64,000 nt of DNA from a virus (lineage: Duplodnaviria > Caudoviricetes): positions 1 to 64,000 of IMG/VR virus record IMGVR_UViG_3300033067_002502, one strand, 5' to 3'. Made by a program: the position numbers and the translations under genes. This document shows positions 1-9,232 of this stretch, piece after piece; position 1 is the first letter of the stretch, and each line of letters starts with the position of its first letter. The notes beneath the pieces were generated by a model. That model had not been told where the DNA came from. It was given only the letters and a program-made list of their open reading frames with translations, and ran no database searches.

Positions 1-258
1 ATATAAAAACAATCTTTCAAAATGGTCTTAAGGATTTGAAATAAGACTAGTCGGAATCGGAACGATGACGACTTGCGAGCCGAAGGCTTTGCGAAGGCGA
101 GTGTCAGATACAGCAATGTTCTTAAAAGCAATGCACAATGGAAATCCACCTTATTGTCCAGATTCAATGGAAAGGTATGTAAAAATTTAATTCAAATATA
201 TTGAAAAAACATTAATTTCTCGATATAAATACATAGTGTATAACATATGGAGATAATT

Positions 259-459
259 ATGAGCGAAAAAAACAGTATTCCAACAGAGAATTTCAGGTTT
301 AACAATTCTAGAATAAACCAAACAAATAAAACAGTTCCATCTACAATTGATTGGAATTCTTTAAAAAATAACCTAAAAGCGGTTTCTGGAACAGAAAATA
401 GTCTTTGGGGAATAGTAAAAAATCAACAAAAGCAATCTAAAGAAGATAAAAATAAATGA
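259..459 (+). CDS. hypothetical protein
   Basis: ORF. GGAG RBS at ~250 favours the ATG at 259 (MSEK); TCGATA motif at 220. Confidence 0.6.
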   Translation: MSEKNSIPTENFRFNNSRINQTNKTVPSTIDWNSLKNNLKAVSGTENSLWGIVKNQQKQSKEDKNK

Positions 460-905
460 CAATTGATGCAAAATCTCTTGAAATAGTAAAAGCACCTGCT
501 GAAATACTCATTAAAAAATGTGAAGAAATCAAATTTTCTGAAAATATAAAAGAAGTATCTAATAGAATGTTAGAACTTATGAAAATTCACAAAGGAATAG
601 GTCTTGCCTCTAATCAGGTAGGACTTAATTGGAGGATGTTTGTTGTTTATATTCCAGAAACAATGAAACATCCAAAGGTTTGCATAAATCCTATTATTGA
701 ATCAGGATGTATTCCTGAATATTCAGAAGAAGCATGCTTATCAGAGCCTGGTATATTTAAAATAATAAAAAGAAATAAATATATTGTAATTAGATATACT
801 GATATTAATGGAAAACAAATAAAAGAGCCAATGAGAGGATTAGAGGCACGATGCGCTCAGCATGAAATTGATCATTTAGACGGAATTCTTATTTCATCTA
901 AGTAA
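456..905 (+). CDS. def: peptide deformylase (short phage type)
   Basis: All three PDF motifs: GIGLASNQVG, EACLS, QHEIDHLDG. Ends shortly after motif 3. Confidence 0.95.
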   Translation: MTIDAKSLEIVKAPAEILIKKCEEIKFSENIKEVSNRMLELMKIHKGIGLASNQVGLNWRMFVVYIPETMKHPKVCINPIIESGCIPEYSEEACLSEPGIFKIIKRNKYIVIRYTDINGKQIKEPMRGLEARCAQHEIDHLDGILISSK

Positions 906-1415
906 TTATACAATATTTATTGGAGTAATATTCGTTACAAGACCGTTTTCATCTGTTGTAATAATTCCAATTTTCTTTTCTCCTATTTCTATATCTCTAG
1001 CAATAGATAATAGCCAAATACCTCTAGCAATAGCTTCAAATTGGTTTATTTCAAAAAATCTACAAAGACTTTGTAGATGAAGAACTGCAGCTTCATTGCA
1101 TTCAAGGGTTAATTTATGAATATGTTCTTTTTCATTAATATTAATTGATTCGTTAGCTATAGATGGGTTTTTTGATGAAGGAGGCTCAATTGGGTTTTTT
1201 AAATGTAAAACATTTGGTTGAAACAAAATACTATCTTTAGGTATTTCTGTTAATTGACTTTCTTTATCTGAGGGAAGGACTTCAGGTTTTATTATTTCTG
1301 TTACTTTTTCTATAAAAGGAACCTCTTTTTTTACAGAAGATAAGTCTTCTGAAGGAAGAGGGTTAAATAAGATAGACATAGCTTTTAATATTTTTCTAAT
1401 AATAATATTTTTCAT
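906..1415 (-). CDS. hypothetical protein, possible C-terminal ribbon-helix-helix-like segment
   Basis: 169-aa ORF; GACGATA motif just upstream. The RHH resemblance (LQSLCRFFEINQFEAIARGIWLL) is weak. Confidence 0.55.
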   Translation of the reverse strand: MKNIIIRKILKAMSILFNPLPSEDLSSVKKEVPFIEKVTEIIKPEVLPSDKESQLTEIPKDSILFQPNVLHLKNPIEPPSSKNPSIANESININEKEHIHKLTLECNEAAVLHLQSLCRFFEINQFEAIARGIWLLSIARDIEIGEKKIGIITTDENGLVTNITPINIV

Positions 1416-1495
1416 TAGATTTTATATCGTCATTATGGTACAAAGTAAGGAATTAAAATTTTCTATTCGATACTAAGGATAGAAAAGGAGACTTT

Positions 1496-1819
1496 GTGAT
1501 AAAAAAGACCAAAGACGATTTTGAAAAACAGTTTATTGTTATGCTGATTAATTTTAGGGACTATTTTTTAGAAAAAGAACCTCTAGAGCAGGTTGATTTA
1601 ATTAGTTTAGATGCTGTAAATAATCTAATTATTGGATATTTTTGCGAAAGAAGAAGTAGAGTTCCTATTCCAAGTATTTCTATTTTTATGAATCATGAAG
1701 ATATAGCAAATTTCATAAATGACGAAGTTCTTGATTACATAAAAGATGAACATCCTGGATTTTTAGAAACTGACTGGATGCAAAGATATGTTGTTAAATC
1801 AGAAGATAATTGTGTTTAA
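1496..1819 (+). CDS. hypothetical protein
   Basis: GTG start with AAGGAG RBS and a promoter motif at 1447-1472. Confidence 0.65.
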   Translation: MIKKTKDDFEKQFIVMLINFRDYFLEKEPLEQVDLISLDAVNNLIIGYFCERRSRVPIPSISIFMNHEDIANFINDEVLDYIKDEHPGFLETDWMQRYVVKSEDNCV

Positions 1820-2226
1820 AATGATATGATATAAAAATCAGTTTCTTCTGTTATATTGTTTGGAATTACTATATTTTTAGAAAGAGATTCAACGCTTTCT
1901 CTTGAAAAAACATGAATGCTTTGAATGTTTTTATCTTTTTTTATTTTAATAGACTTAATTTTATGGATATATTTCATTATTGTCCAATATGGACAATAAG
2001 TATATTCTAAAACATTTTCCATATTTGGTTCAAAATTCTGTTTTATATTATTTTTTAGTATAATATTCTTAATAAGTTTATTGTATTGATCTTCTTTTAT
2101 TCTCATAAATTCATGATTACAAATTTTGCATTTTGAATAAGAAAAAAAGTGTTTGTTTTTTATAACTAACTGTTTTGAGCAGCATATTGCACAAACAGAT
2201 TCTATATTAGATTTGAATTTTATCAT
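1816..2226 (-). CDS. hypothetical protein with N-terminal Zn ribbon
   Basis: CAIC...CKIC; start overlaps the stop of the upstream minus-strand gene. Confidence 0.55.
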   Translation of the reverse strand: MIKFKSNIESVCAICCSKQLVIKNKHFFSYSKCKICNHEFMRIKEDQYNKLIKNIILKNNIKQNFEPNMENVLEYTYCPYWTIMKYIHKIKSIKIKKDKNIQSIHVFSRESVESLSKNIVIPNNITEETDFYIISF

Positions 2227-2834
2227 TATAGCTTAACGACTTTATCAAAAATTTTATCTATATTATTTTGAGAAGAATACCAGCCTTGAGGACATCCGTT
2301 AGAATAATCTTGTATATATTTTTCATATTCTTCATGCCATTTTTTACGAACGCAATCAGACGCTGATATTATTTCTTTTTTCTTAATACCAGTTATAATT
2401 TCTGCTTTTGTTTCGGCTTCTTTACGAACTTGTTTCCATTCTTCAATAGTATCTGTAATTGGACCCCAATGTAATACTTTTTTATCTTTTGTACTTGCCC
2501 AAAAGTCAATTGATGGAGCTTTTAAACTTAGTAAAGTTTTTGTAAAACTAACAGCTAGTGGGTTGAATCCAAAATCTTCAAGATCTACTTTTGCTATTTT
2601 TAAAGCTCCATTATAGCTATTGTCTATAGCAAGCAAATCTCCAGAATCAAATTTACAGTCTATAAGAATATCAATATCTTTTACTCTGAAATCTTTATTA
2701 GTAAAATTTTCAGAAACAACGCCCCAAGCAAAAACATTTTTTACTTGAGAATTTGTGGATATAGTATTAGCTGCCTCTTTTAGATAAGGAACTATGTCAT
2801 TTATTTTAGGAATTGCTCTGTCATACCATCTCAT
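2226..2834 (-). CDS. Pol-beta superfamily nucleotidyltransferase-like protein
   Basis: VFAWGVV...VKDIDILID resembles hG[GS]-x9-13-DhD. Start moved to MRWYDRA (2834) because a promoter motif occupies 2841-2870. Confidence 0.6.
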   Translation of the reverse strand: MRWYDRAIPKINDIVPYLKEAANTISTNSQVKNVFAWGVVSENFTNKDFRVKDIDILIDCKFDSGDLLAIDNSYNGALKIAKVDLEDFGFNPLAVSFTKTLLSLKAPSIDFWASTKDKKVLHWGPITDTIEEWKQVRKEAETKAEIITGIKKKEIISASDCVRKKWHEEYEKYIQDYSNGCPQGWYSSQNNIDKIFDKVVKL

Positions 2835-2840
2835 ATTATT

Positions 2841-2870
2841 ATCTTTCGGTTCTTGAGTAGTATTTCCTCT
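2841..2870 (-). promoter_or_regulatory. AGG-N18-GAA promoter of the nucleotidyltransferase gene
   Basis: AGAGG-N18-GAAAGAT on the minus strand. Confidence 0.55.
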
Positions 2871-2959
2871 ATATTTATAAAAAGATTTACACAACATAAG
2901 TGAAAGCAAAATGTTTTAAAGATTCTTTGTCGATTATCTTTGGTTACAAGAAAGTAAAA

Positions 2960-3880
2960 ATGCAAAATAATGAAATAACATACCCAGATCAAGAAAAATC
3001 ACATGAAGCATTTAAAGTACACAAAGTCCTAGATGCAGGCTTTGTAAGGCTTGTTGACTGCATGCCTAGTCCTACAGATCCAGAGTCTATAACTGCTGAT
3101 GCTGCTATGGTTCAAGCAGCAAGAGTAAGCTATGGTAAAGGGACAAAAACAATTAATGAAGATGCTGGCCTTATTAGTTATCTTATAAAGAATAGACATA
3201 CAACTCCATTAGAAATGGTTGAAATGAAATTCCACTGTAGAATGCCCATGTTTATTGCTCGTCAATGGATTCGTCATAGAACTGCAAGTGTAAATGAATA
3301 TTCGGCACGATACTCTCAAGTTCCAGACTTAGCATATATACCAGATTCTTCTAGAGTTCTAGGTCAAAGCAAAACAAATAAACAAAACTCTTCTGGAAGT
3401 CTTGACTCTCAGGTTGTTTCTGATTTTATAGGAAGACTAGAAACAGTTTCTTCTGAAGCTCATGGAGATTATGAAGAATTTCTTGAAAAAGGAGTTTCAA
3501 GAGAAACAGCAAGAATGTTCCTTCCTGTAAATTTTTATACAGAATGGTATTGGAAAATAGACATGCATAATTTATTTCATTTCTTATCTCTTAGAGCAGA
3601 TTCTCATGCTCAATATGAGATAAGAGTATATGCTGAAAAAATGCTTGATATTTGTAAACAAATAGCTCCAATAGCAACAGAAGCTTTTATTAATCATAGA
3701 ATGAATTCTGTAACATTTTCAGGAGATGAGCTTGATATTATAAGAAGTCTTATGATAAAAGATTCAAAAGAAGTTCAAACAAAGTTAGACGATATAATGA
3801 CTAGTAGAAACTGGAGTATTCGTCGTAAAAAAGAATTTACATCCAATCTATCAAAGATAGTTGTAGATTTACAGAAATAA
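2960..3880 (+). CDS. thyX: flavin-dependent thymidylate synthase
   Basis: RHRTASVNEYSARY signature, AARVSY, HAQYEIR. Start at MQNN downstream of GTCGATT. Confidence 0.97.
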   Translation: MQNNEITYPDQEKSHEAFKVHKVLDAGFVRLVDCMPSPTDPESITADAAMVQAARVSYGKGTKTINEDAGLISYLIKNRHTTPLEMVEMKFHCRMPMFIARQWIRHRTASVNEYSARYSQVPDLAYIPDSSRVLGQSKTNKQNSSGSLDSQVVSDFIGRLETVSSEAHGDYEEFLEKGVSRETARMFLPVNFYTEWYWKIDMHNLFHFLSLRADSHAQYEIRVYAEKMLDICKQIAPIATEAFINHRMNSVTFSGDELDIIRSLMIKDSKEVQTKLDDIMTSRNWSIRRKKEFTSNLSKIVVDLQK

Positions 3881-3885
3881 AAATT

Positions 3886-4455
3886 ATGCATCTTATTGTT
3901 GATTTAGAAGCAACTTGTTGCGAAATACCAAGAGTTCCTGATATAAATGAAATTATTGATATAGGAGTCGTCGTTTGCGATGATGAATTTAATATTCTTA
4001 AAACATGGACGAGTTTAGTAAAACCAAAAATAAATACTAAACTTTCTCCTTTTTGTAAGAGATTAACATCTATTAGACAACATGATGTTGATTCGGCTCC
4101 TTATCTTAGTGATGCTATAAATTCTTTTAATTTATGGTTTCAAGAGAATTTTAAAATTACCGCGGAAAAAACAAATTGGTTTACTTGGGGTAATTGGGAC
4201 TTAAAGTGTCTGATAACGGATTGTGAAAGAAATAAGATCTCTTTTCCTTTTTCGAGTCATAAAAATCTAAAAGATATTTATTTTGTAAAAAGACAATGTA
4301 TTGGAACAGATAAATTGGGAATAAAAGAGGTTATGATTAGAGAAGGAATATCTTTACCTCAAAAACTAAAACTTCATAGAGGTATTTCTGACGCAACAGC
4401 AGCAGCTTTGATAGCTAGGTTTACTTTTTTACTTCCTGAGATAAATGAGAAATAA
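3886..4455 (+). CDS. DEDDh 3'-5' exonuclease (ERI1/KapD-like)
   Basis: VDLEATC, EIIDIG, TWGNWD, HRGISDA. Confidence 0.9.
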   Translation: MHLIVDLEATCCEIPRVPDINEIIDIGVVVCDDEFNILKTWTSLVKPKINTKLSPFCKRLTSIRQHDVDSAPYLSDAINSFNLWFQENFKITAEKTNWFTWGNWDLKCLITDCERNKISFPFSSHKNLKDIYFVKRQCIGTDKLGIKEVMIREGISLPQKLKLHRGISDATAAALIARFTFLLPEINEK

Positions 4456-5179
4456 CATCTACGTGATGTTTAGATCTTTGTCCAACTTGTCCGTACCATT
4501 TAGATTTTTTCATCTCAGATGCAGCTTTTAAATAATCTTTATTTATAAGATATTTTGCTGTTTGTTTGAATTGAGAAAGAACTGGTCCTCCCATATTAAA
4601 AGCCATATCTATAGCAATTAATTGAACTTCTTTAGGTTGTTCATTTAGGTTTGGTATCCATTTTACAGCATCTTCTTTTGCTGTTTTTAGATTAGTTTGA
4701 AACAATTTAGACATCTGTTCTTGACTTAATTCTTCTTTTCCAGAAATAAGGCCTTGCTTTGTTGCTCCAATTTGGCTAAGTAGACTGTCTGCATCTTTTC
4801 TAGTTAGATTGAATCCGGCACCTATAGTCCATATTCTTTTTGAATCTTTATATGCCTTATTTTTATACCCGCCTTCAAAAGGAACTATAAATTTTTCAAG
4901 TTCACTATCTGATGCGATTGATGACTTTTGAGAAGGGATATTTATTGGAGGTTCAAGTTTTTGAAATTCCTGGTAAGGAGAAACTTCTTTTGTTTTTTGC
5001 GTTGGATATAGATCTCTTTGTGCTTGTTCTGGATTTCCCATAAGTCCAAAAGAGAGAGGAATAGCTCCTAAGCCAGATCCCCAACCAAGGCCTTTTTTTA
5101 CATCTTTCCAATTTACATCAGCCTCTTTTAATAAGAGGATGTCATTTTTTGCTGCTAAATAATACCATCCATTGTTCAT
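4421..5179 (-). CDS. GH24 (T4-type) lysozyme with N-terminal extension
   Basis: FEGG...YKDSKRIWTIGAGFNL (E-x8-D-x5-T), DMAFNMG, SKWYGQVGQRS. Confidence 0.9.
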   Translation of the reverse strand: MNNGWYYLAAKNDILLLKEADVNWKDVKKGLGWGSGLGAIPLSFGLMGNPEQAQRDLYPTQKTKEVSPYQEFQKLEPPINIPSQKSSIASDSELEKFIVPFEGGYKNKAYKDSKRIWTIGAGFNLTRKDADSLLSQIGATKQGLISGKEELSQEQMSKLFQTNLKTAKEDAVKWIPNLNEQPKEVQLIAIDMAFNMGGPVLSQFKQTAKYLINKDYLKAASEMKKSKWYGQVGQRSKHHVDVISHLSQEVKK

Positions 5180-5182
5180 TCT

Positions 5183-5214
5183 TATATATTCCCATATTCA
5201 CGAGATTTACCTTT
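5183..5214 (-). promoter_or_regulatory. AGG-N18-GAA promoter of the lysozyme gene
   Basis: AAAGG-N18-GAATATA on the minus strand. Confidence 0.6.
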
Positions 5215-5282
5215 CATAATAGGCTTGCTATTATTTTATTCGGCAAAATTGACGATACTTTATTATCGTTAGGAGAAACTGT

Positions 5283-5624
5283 ATGAAAAATCTTATGACA
5301 CCAAAAATGCAAGCAATTGAAAGAGCTGTTATTGCTTATGAAGCAATAAAAGAAGCGTCCTCCTCTCCTGAAAAGTCTATTTCTGGAGAAAATCTTGAAA
5401 TATATAAAGAACTTTTAGATTGGGATCTTATTGATGAGTATAGTATTTCTAATCTAGCTTATAGACGTTTATATATTGTTATTATAGCTATGCACTTGAG
5501 TAAAGATTATGCAGAATACTCTTCTTCTGACTCTTTTTCAAAAATAGAAGATAAAGGAAAGAAATGGCAAATGATACAAGATGCTTTATCTAAAACGGTT
5601 AAGATGCCTAAAAAGAAAAATTGA
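5283..5624 (+). CDS. hypothetical protein
   Basis: AGGAG RBS; GACGATA at 5251. Confidence 0.7.
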   Translation: MKNLMTPKMQAIERAVIAYEAIKEASSSPEKSISGENLEIYKELLDWDLIDEYSISNLAYRRLYIVIIAMHLSKDYAEYSSSDSFSKIEDKGKKWQMIQDALSKTVKMPKKKN

Positions 5625-5641
5625 TTAAATATAAGGATTAA

Positions 5642-5980
5642 TTGCTAATTTTTATTCACATAATATTGTCTGTTCTTTTTGGATGTTCTTTATCTATTCT
5701 TCTTGTTGAAAAAGGAGAAGAATGGCCGGTAACTCTTTTAACTAATCCTATAAAAGCCTTATTAGGCAAAATTAATAAAAAACTACCCAATATGCTAGAA
5801 TGCACTGTTTGTACTTCATTTTGGGCTACTTTAGTGGGGGAAATCGTATTAAAATTAGCAATTACAGGCTTCTTCTTATGGCCTTTTACTGGTGTTATTT
5901 CTTTGGGATTTACATGGTTTGTCATAGAATTTCTAAATTCTATAGATAATTCAAGAAATAAACCTTCATCTTCTTCCTAA
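5642..5980 (+). CDS. small membrane protein, DUF1360-like
   Basis: Three hydrophobic segments and an LECTVCTSFW (CxxC-x2-W) motif; TTG start with AAGGA RBS. Confidence 0.6.
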   Translation: MLIFIHIILSVLFGCSLSILLVEKGEEWPVTLLTNPIKALLGKINKKLPNMLECTVCTSFWATLVGEIVLKLAITGFFLWPFTGVISLGFTWFVIEFLNSIDNSRNKPSSSS

Positions 5981-5984
5981 ATAA

Positions 5985-6016
5985 AAGGTTTTTACTAGAA
6001 AATACAGAAGTATTAT
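5985..6016 (+). promoter_or_regulatory. AGG-N18-GAA promoter
   Basis: AAGG-N18-GAAGTA upstream of 6043. Confidence 0.6.
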
Positions 6017-6042
6017 CTTGTCATTATCATTAGGAGTAAAAG

Positions 6043-7140
6043 ATGAAAATAAGTCGCTTAATAACAGTATTAGCCTTTTCTATTGGAATATTTGGTTGGA
6101 GTTTCTTTGCGTTATCTTGTCAAGATAACGGTCCTAAACAAAGATCTAGTCCAGACGCTCCTCAGGTAGATACTGAAAAAAAGAACATAAAAGACTCAGC
6201 TGTTACTATTGGTGAAGTAGCAAAAAGTGTTGGAGAAAAAGCCGATAGTTTAGAAAACCATGCTAATTCGATAGAATTAAAATCTACACCAGAATCTCTT
6301 AAATTAGTACGTGGAGATGTTGATGGCATTAAAACAGATGCAGTAGGATTAAGAAAAGACAAATCAACATTAGATGCAACAGAGCAAAAACTAAAAGATA
6401 CAGAAGCTAGTCTTTCCGTTCAACAAGAAAGAATAAAAGACTTTACAAAATTTGCAGCTCAATCAGAATCTGATAGAACAAAATTGCAAGAAAAGATTAA
6501 AAATTTAGAAAGCTCAAATGGTAAATTAGTCAAAACAATGTTATCTTGGATTATTTCTGCGTGTGTTGTTGGAATTGGTATTTGTCTTGTAGTTGGTTTT
6601 GTGTTTAAAACTCCATCTGCTTTTATGATTGCAGCAGGATGTCTTGCTACTATGGGAGTCGCTATTGGAGTAACGTTTTATATGCAGCAAATAGCTTGGA
6701 TTGCTATTGCTGTTCTTGGTTTATGTTTTGTTATTGCTGTTATTTATGTTTTTATTCAAGTTAAAAATAAAGATAAAGCAGTTACAGAACTTTTTCACAC
6801 AGGAGAGGTTGTTAAGTCTTATCTTCCTACAAATGCTAAAGAAAAGATATTTGGTAGTGAAGTAGAGCCAGGTATTGCACATCAAATACAGTCTAAAACA
6901 ACAAAAGATCTTGTAAGTAAAATAAAAAGATTAACAAAAGAACGTAGAGGTTTTGGTCTTTTTTCTAGTCTTAAAAAAGAAAACAATAGCCTAACAATAC
7001 CTACTAATAAGACAGTAAATGAAAGTATTAGTATTTTACCAAAAAGTAATGAAGAATTAACTACAGAGATTCCTTCGGTAGATTTAATTACACCAGTATT
7101 TACCGAAGAAACTTCCACTCAGAAAACGATTTTAGGATAA
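6043..7140 (+). CDS. putative lipoprotein with coiled coil and three TM helices (lysis/spanin-like candidate)
   Basis: Signal peptide ending FFALSC, long heptad-rich region, three hydrophobic helices. Confidence 0.6.
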   Translation: MKISRLITVLAFSIGIFGWSFFALSCQDNGPKQRSSPDAPQVDTEKKNIKDSAVTIGEVAKSVGEKADSLENHANSIELKSTPESLKLVRGDVDGIKTDAVGLRKDKSTLDATEQKLKDTEASLSVQQERIKDFTKFAAQSESDRTKLQEKIKNLESSNGKLVKTMLSWIISACVVGIGICLVVGFVFKTPSAFMIAAGCLATMGVAIGVTFYMQQIAWIAIAVLGLCFVIAVIYVFIQVKNKDKAVTELFHTGEVVKSYLPTNAKEKIFGSEVEPGIAHQIQSKTTKDLVSKIKRLTKERRGFGLFSSLKKENNSLTIPTNKTVNESISILPKSNEELTTEIPSVDLITPVFTEETSTQKTILG

Positions 7141-7160
7141 GGTTATATAGTGTAGAAGTC
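7133..7160 (+). promoter_or_regulatory. AGG-N18-GAA promoter of the sigma operon
   Basis: TAGG-N18-GAAGTC. Confidence 0.55.
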
Positions 7161-7199
7161 TTGCCTATGATTGTTAGGCATAAAAAGAAAGAGGTTTTA

Positions 7200-8081
7200 A
7201 TGATGACTGCAGAAGAACTTAGAATAAAGTGGGAAAATTTCTCTTCCCCAAGAGATTGTTATTTGAAATTAAATAAAGAAGCTGAAAAAGAAGAAGCGTC
7301 TGGTATTAGTCAAATAAAAGAATCCCAAGAATATAAAGATTTAAAAGTAATTTACGACAAATTTCGCAATGAATTCCTTGTAATGTATTATCCTCTTGTT
7401 TTTAAAACTGCTGAAAGAATAAGTAAAAAAATAAAAGAAGTTGATATAGACGATCTGGTTTCGTGGGGAACAATAGGTCTTTATCATGCTATAGATAAAT
7501 TTATTCCTTTACTTGGAAATAAATTTGAAACATATAGTATACATAGAATAAAAGGTTCAATCTTAGACAATATCAGAGAAGTAGACTGGGTTCCTCGTCT
7601 TGTTAGACAAAGACATTCTAAAATACAAAAAGCAAAGCATTCTTTGGAATGCGATTTAGGAAGAAAGCCAAATGATCAAGAAATATCAGATTATTTGGGT
7701 ATGGATCTTGAAGATTATTTAGCTATTGAATCTAAAGCAAATCCTATTTCTTGCGTAAGTATTTACTCAGGTTCATCAAATGATGAAGGACAAGAGCTTC
7801 AATTAGAGAGTGTTGTTTCAGAAGATTCTCAACCTTTAGATCATATTTTGAGAGATGAAGTTTTTAAAAAGCTTATGGGTCGAAATTTTATACCTTTAGA
7901 GAGGCAAATTATTCACATGCATTATTACGAAAGCATGACCATGAAAGAAATTGCCGAAAAAATAGGGTATAGTGAGTCACGAATCAGTCAGATGCACTCA
8001 AAGATTCTTGAAAGGCTTCAAAAGAAAATAGCACTAAATCCTTCGTACATGAAAGACTTGGAAGCTATACTTCAGCCGTAA
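7200..8081 (+). CDS. RNA polymerase sigma factor, FliA/WhiG (sigma-28) family
   Basis: DDLVSWGTIGL, KFETYSIHRIKGSILD, DWVPRLVR, LGRKP, region 4 TMKEIAEKIGYSESRISQMH; GAGGT RBS before 7200. Confidence 0.93.
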   Translation: MMTAEELRIKWENFSSPRDCYLKLNKEAEKEEASGISQIKESQEYKDLKVIYDKFRNEFLVMYYPLVFKTAERISKKIKEVDIDDLVSWGTIGLYHAIDKFIPLLGNKFETYSIHRIKGSILDNIREVDWVPRLVRQRHSKIQKAKHSLECDLGRKPNDQEISDYLGMDLEDYLAIESKANPISCVSIYSGSSNDEGQELQLESVVSEDSQPLDHILRDEVFKKLMGRNFIPLERQIIHMHYYESMTMKEIAEKIGYSESRISQMHSKILERLQKKIALNPSYMKDLEAILQP

Positions 8082-8095
8082 GAAAAGGAATAAAA

Positions 8096-8665
8096 ATGAA
8101 GATTTTTGTTGGCGATATCACGAAAGTAAAGGGTGTTGAGGCTATAGTTAATGCAGCCAACGGTATTGGTGTTATGGGTTCTGGAGTTGCTGGTGCTATA
8201 GCTAGATCAGGTGGAAATCTTCTTAGAGAAGACAATAGTAGAATTGTTGAAAAAAGAGGACCATTTGATGAAGGTGATGTTTATGTATCAGATTCAGGTT
8301 TAATGAAGCGAATAGGTGATGTAAAATTCATTTATCATGCAGTAACTATGAAATTCCCTGGACAAAGATCAAATCTTGTCACGGTAAGTAGGCTTTTGTC
8401 AAAAGTTCTTGAGATGGCGATAGAGAATGAAGTAAAGTCAATTGCTTTTGGAGGATTTGGTTGTGGTATTGGAGGTTTGGATAAAGAAGAAACAGCAAAG
8501 ACTATGGCTCATATAGCACAGTCTTATAGTGATAGGATTGATATTACGGTTGTGGATACAAGTGAAGAATACATTAATGCTTTTATAAAGAACGTAAGTG
8601 TTTCTGTTGAGACGAAAAATGACGAAGAAATTAACAGTAGATCTACCAACTCTAGTCCTGAATAA
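8096..8665 (+). CDS. macrodomain protein (ADP-ribose binding/hydrolase)
   Basis: GDITK, AIVNAAN, MGSGVAGAI, GCGIGG. Confidence 0.92.
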   Translation: MKIFVGDITKVKGVEAIVNAANGIGVMGSGVAGAIARSGGNLLREDNSRIVEKRGPFDEGDVYVSDSGLMKRIGDVKFIYHAVTMKFPGQRSNLVTVSRLLSKVLEMAIENEVKSIAFGGFGCGIGGLDKEETAKTMAHIAQSYSDRIDITVVDTSEEYINAFIKNVSVSVETKNDEEINSRSTNSSPE

Positions 8666-9227
8666 GGGATGGGCTGCTTTTTCAATAATGCCAGTCAAAA
8701 AAGCTATTACTAAAGTCATGAGTGATATGGCTAAGATTCTCGATCCTGAAACAAATTCTCTTTATTCTTTTGAAGAGTGGATGGATTTTGATGTAAAAAT
8801 CGGAAACCCTTTTATTCAAACTTGCTCAAAGAGAGTTAGAGTTCCAGAAATTATAGTTTTAACAACTTACGATAAGATTCCTCAAAGAGAAGTAAAACTA
8901 ACTCGTCGCAATTTATTGATTAGGGATAATTACACCTGTCAGTATACCGGAGTTAAATTGAATATGAGTACAGCAACAATGGATCATATTGTTCCTCGTT
9001 CAAGAGGAGGAAAAACAAATTGGACCAATCTTGTTATGTGTTGTCTTGATATTAATGCAAAGAAAGCAGATAGAACTCCTAGCGAAGCTGGTTTGTCTTT
9101 ATTAAAGAAACCAATTAAGCCTAAGTGGAGTCCTATTTATGCAAGATTTGCAAGACTTACTGCATCTAATGTATATCCTTCTTGGTCTAATTATCTTAAT
9201 ATAGAAGGGCTTTCTTTTGGAGAATAG
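8619..9227 (+). CDS. HNH endonuclease (McrA-like)
   Basis: LVLN...RRNLLIRDNYTCQYTG...TMDHIVPRSRGGKTNWTNLVMCC...NAKKADRTP. Confidence 0.9.
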   Translation: MTKKLTVDLPTLVLNKGWAAFSIMPVKKAITKVMSDMAKILDPETNSLYSFEEWMDFDVKIGNPFIQTCSKRVRVPEIIVLTTYDKIPQREVKLTRRNLLIRDNYTCQYTGVKLNMSTATMDHIVPRSRGGKTNWTNLVMCCLDINAKKADRTPSEAGLSLLKKPIKPKWSPIYARFARLTASNVYPSWSNYLNIEGLSFGE

Positions 9228-9232
9228 GATGA

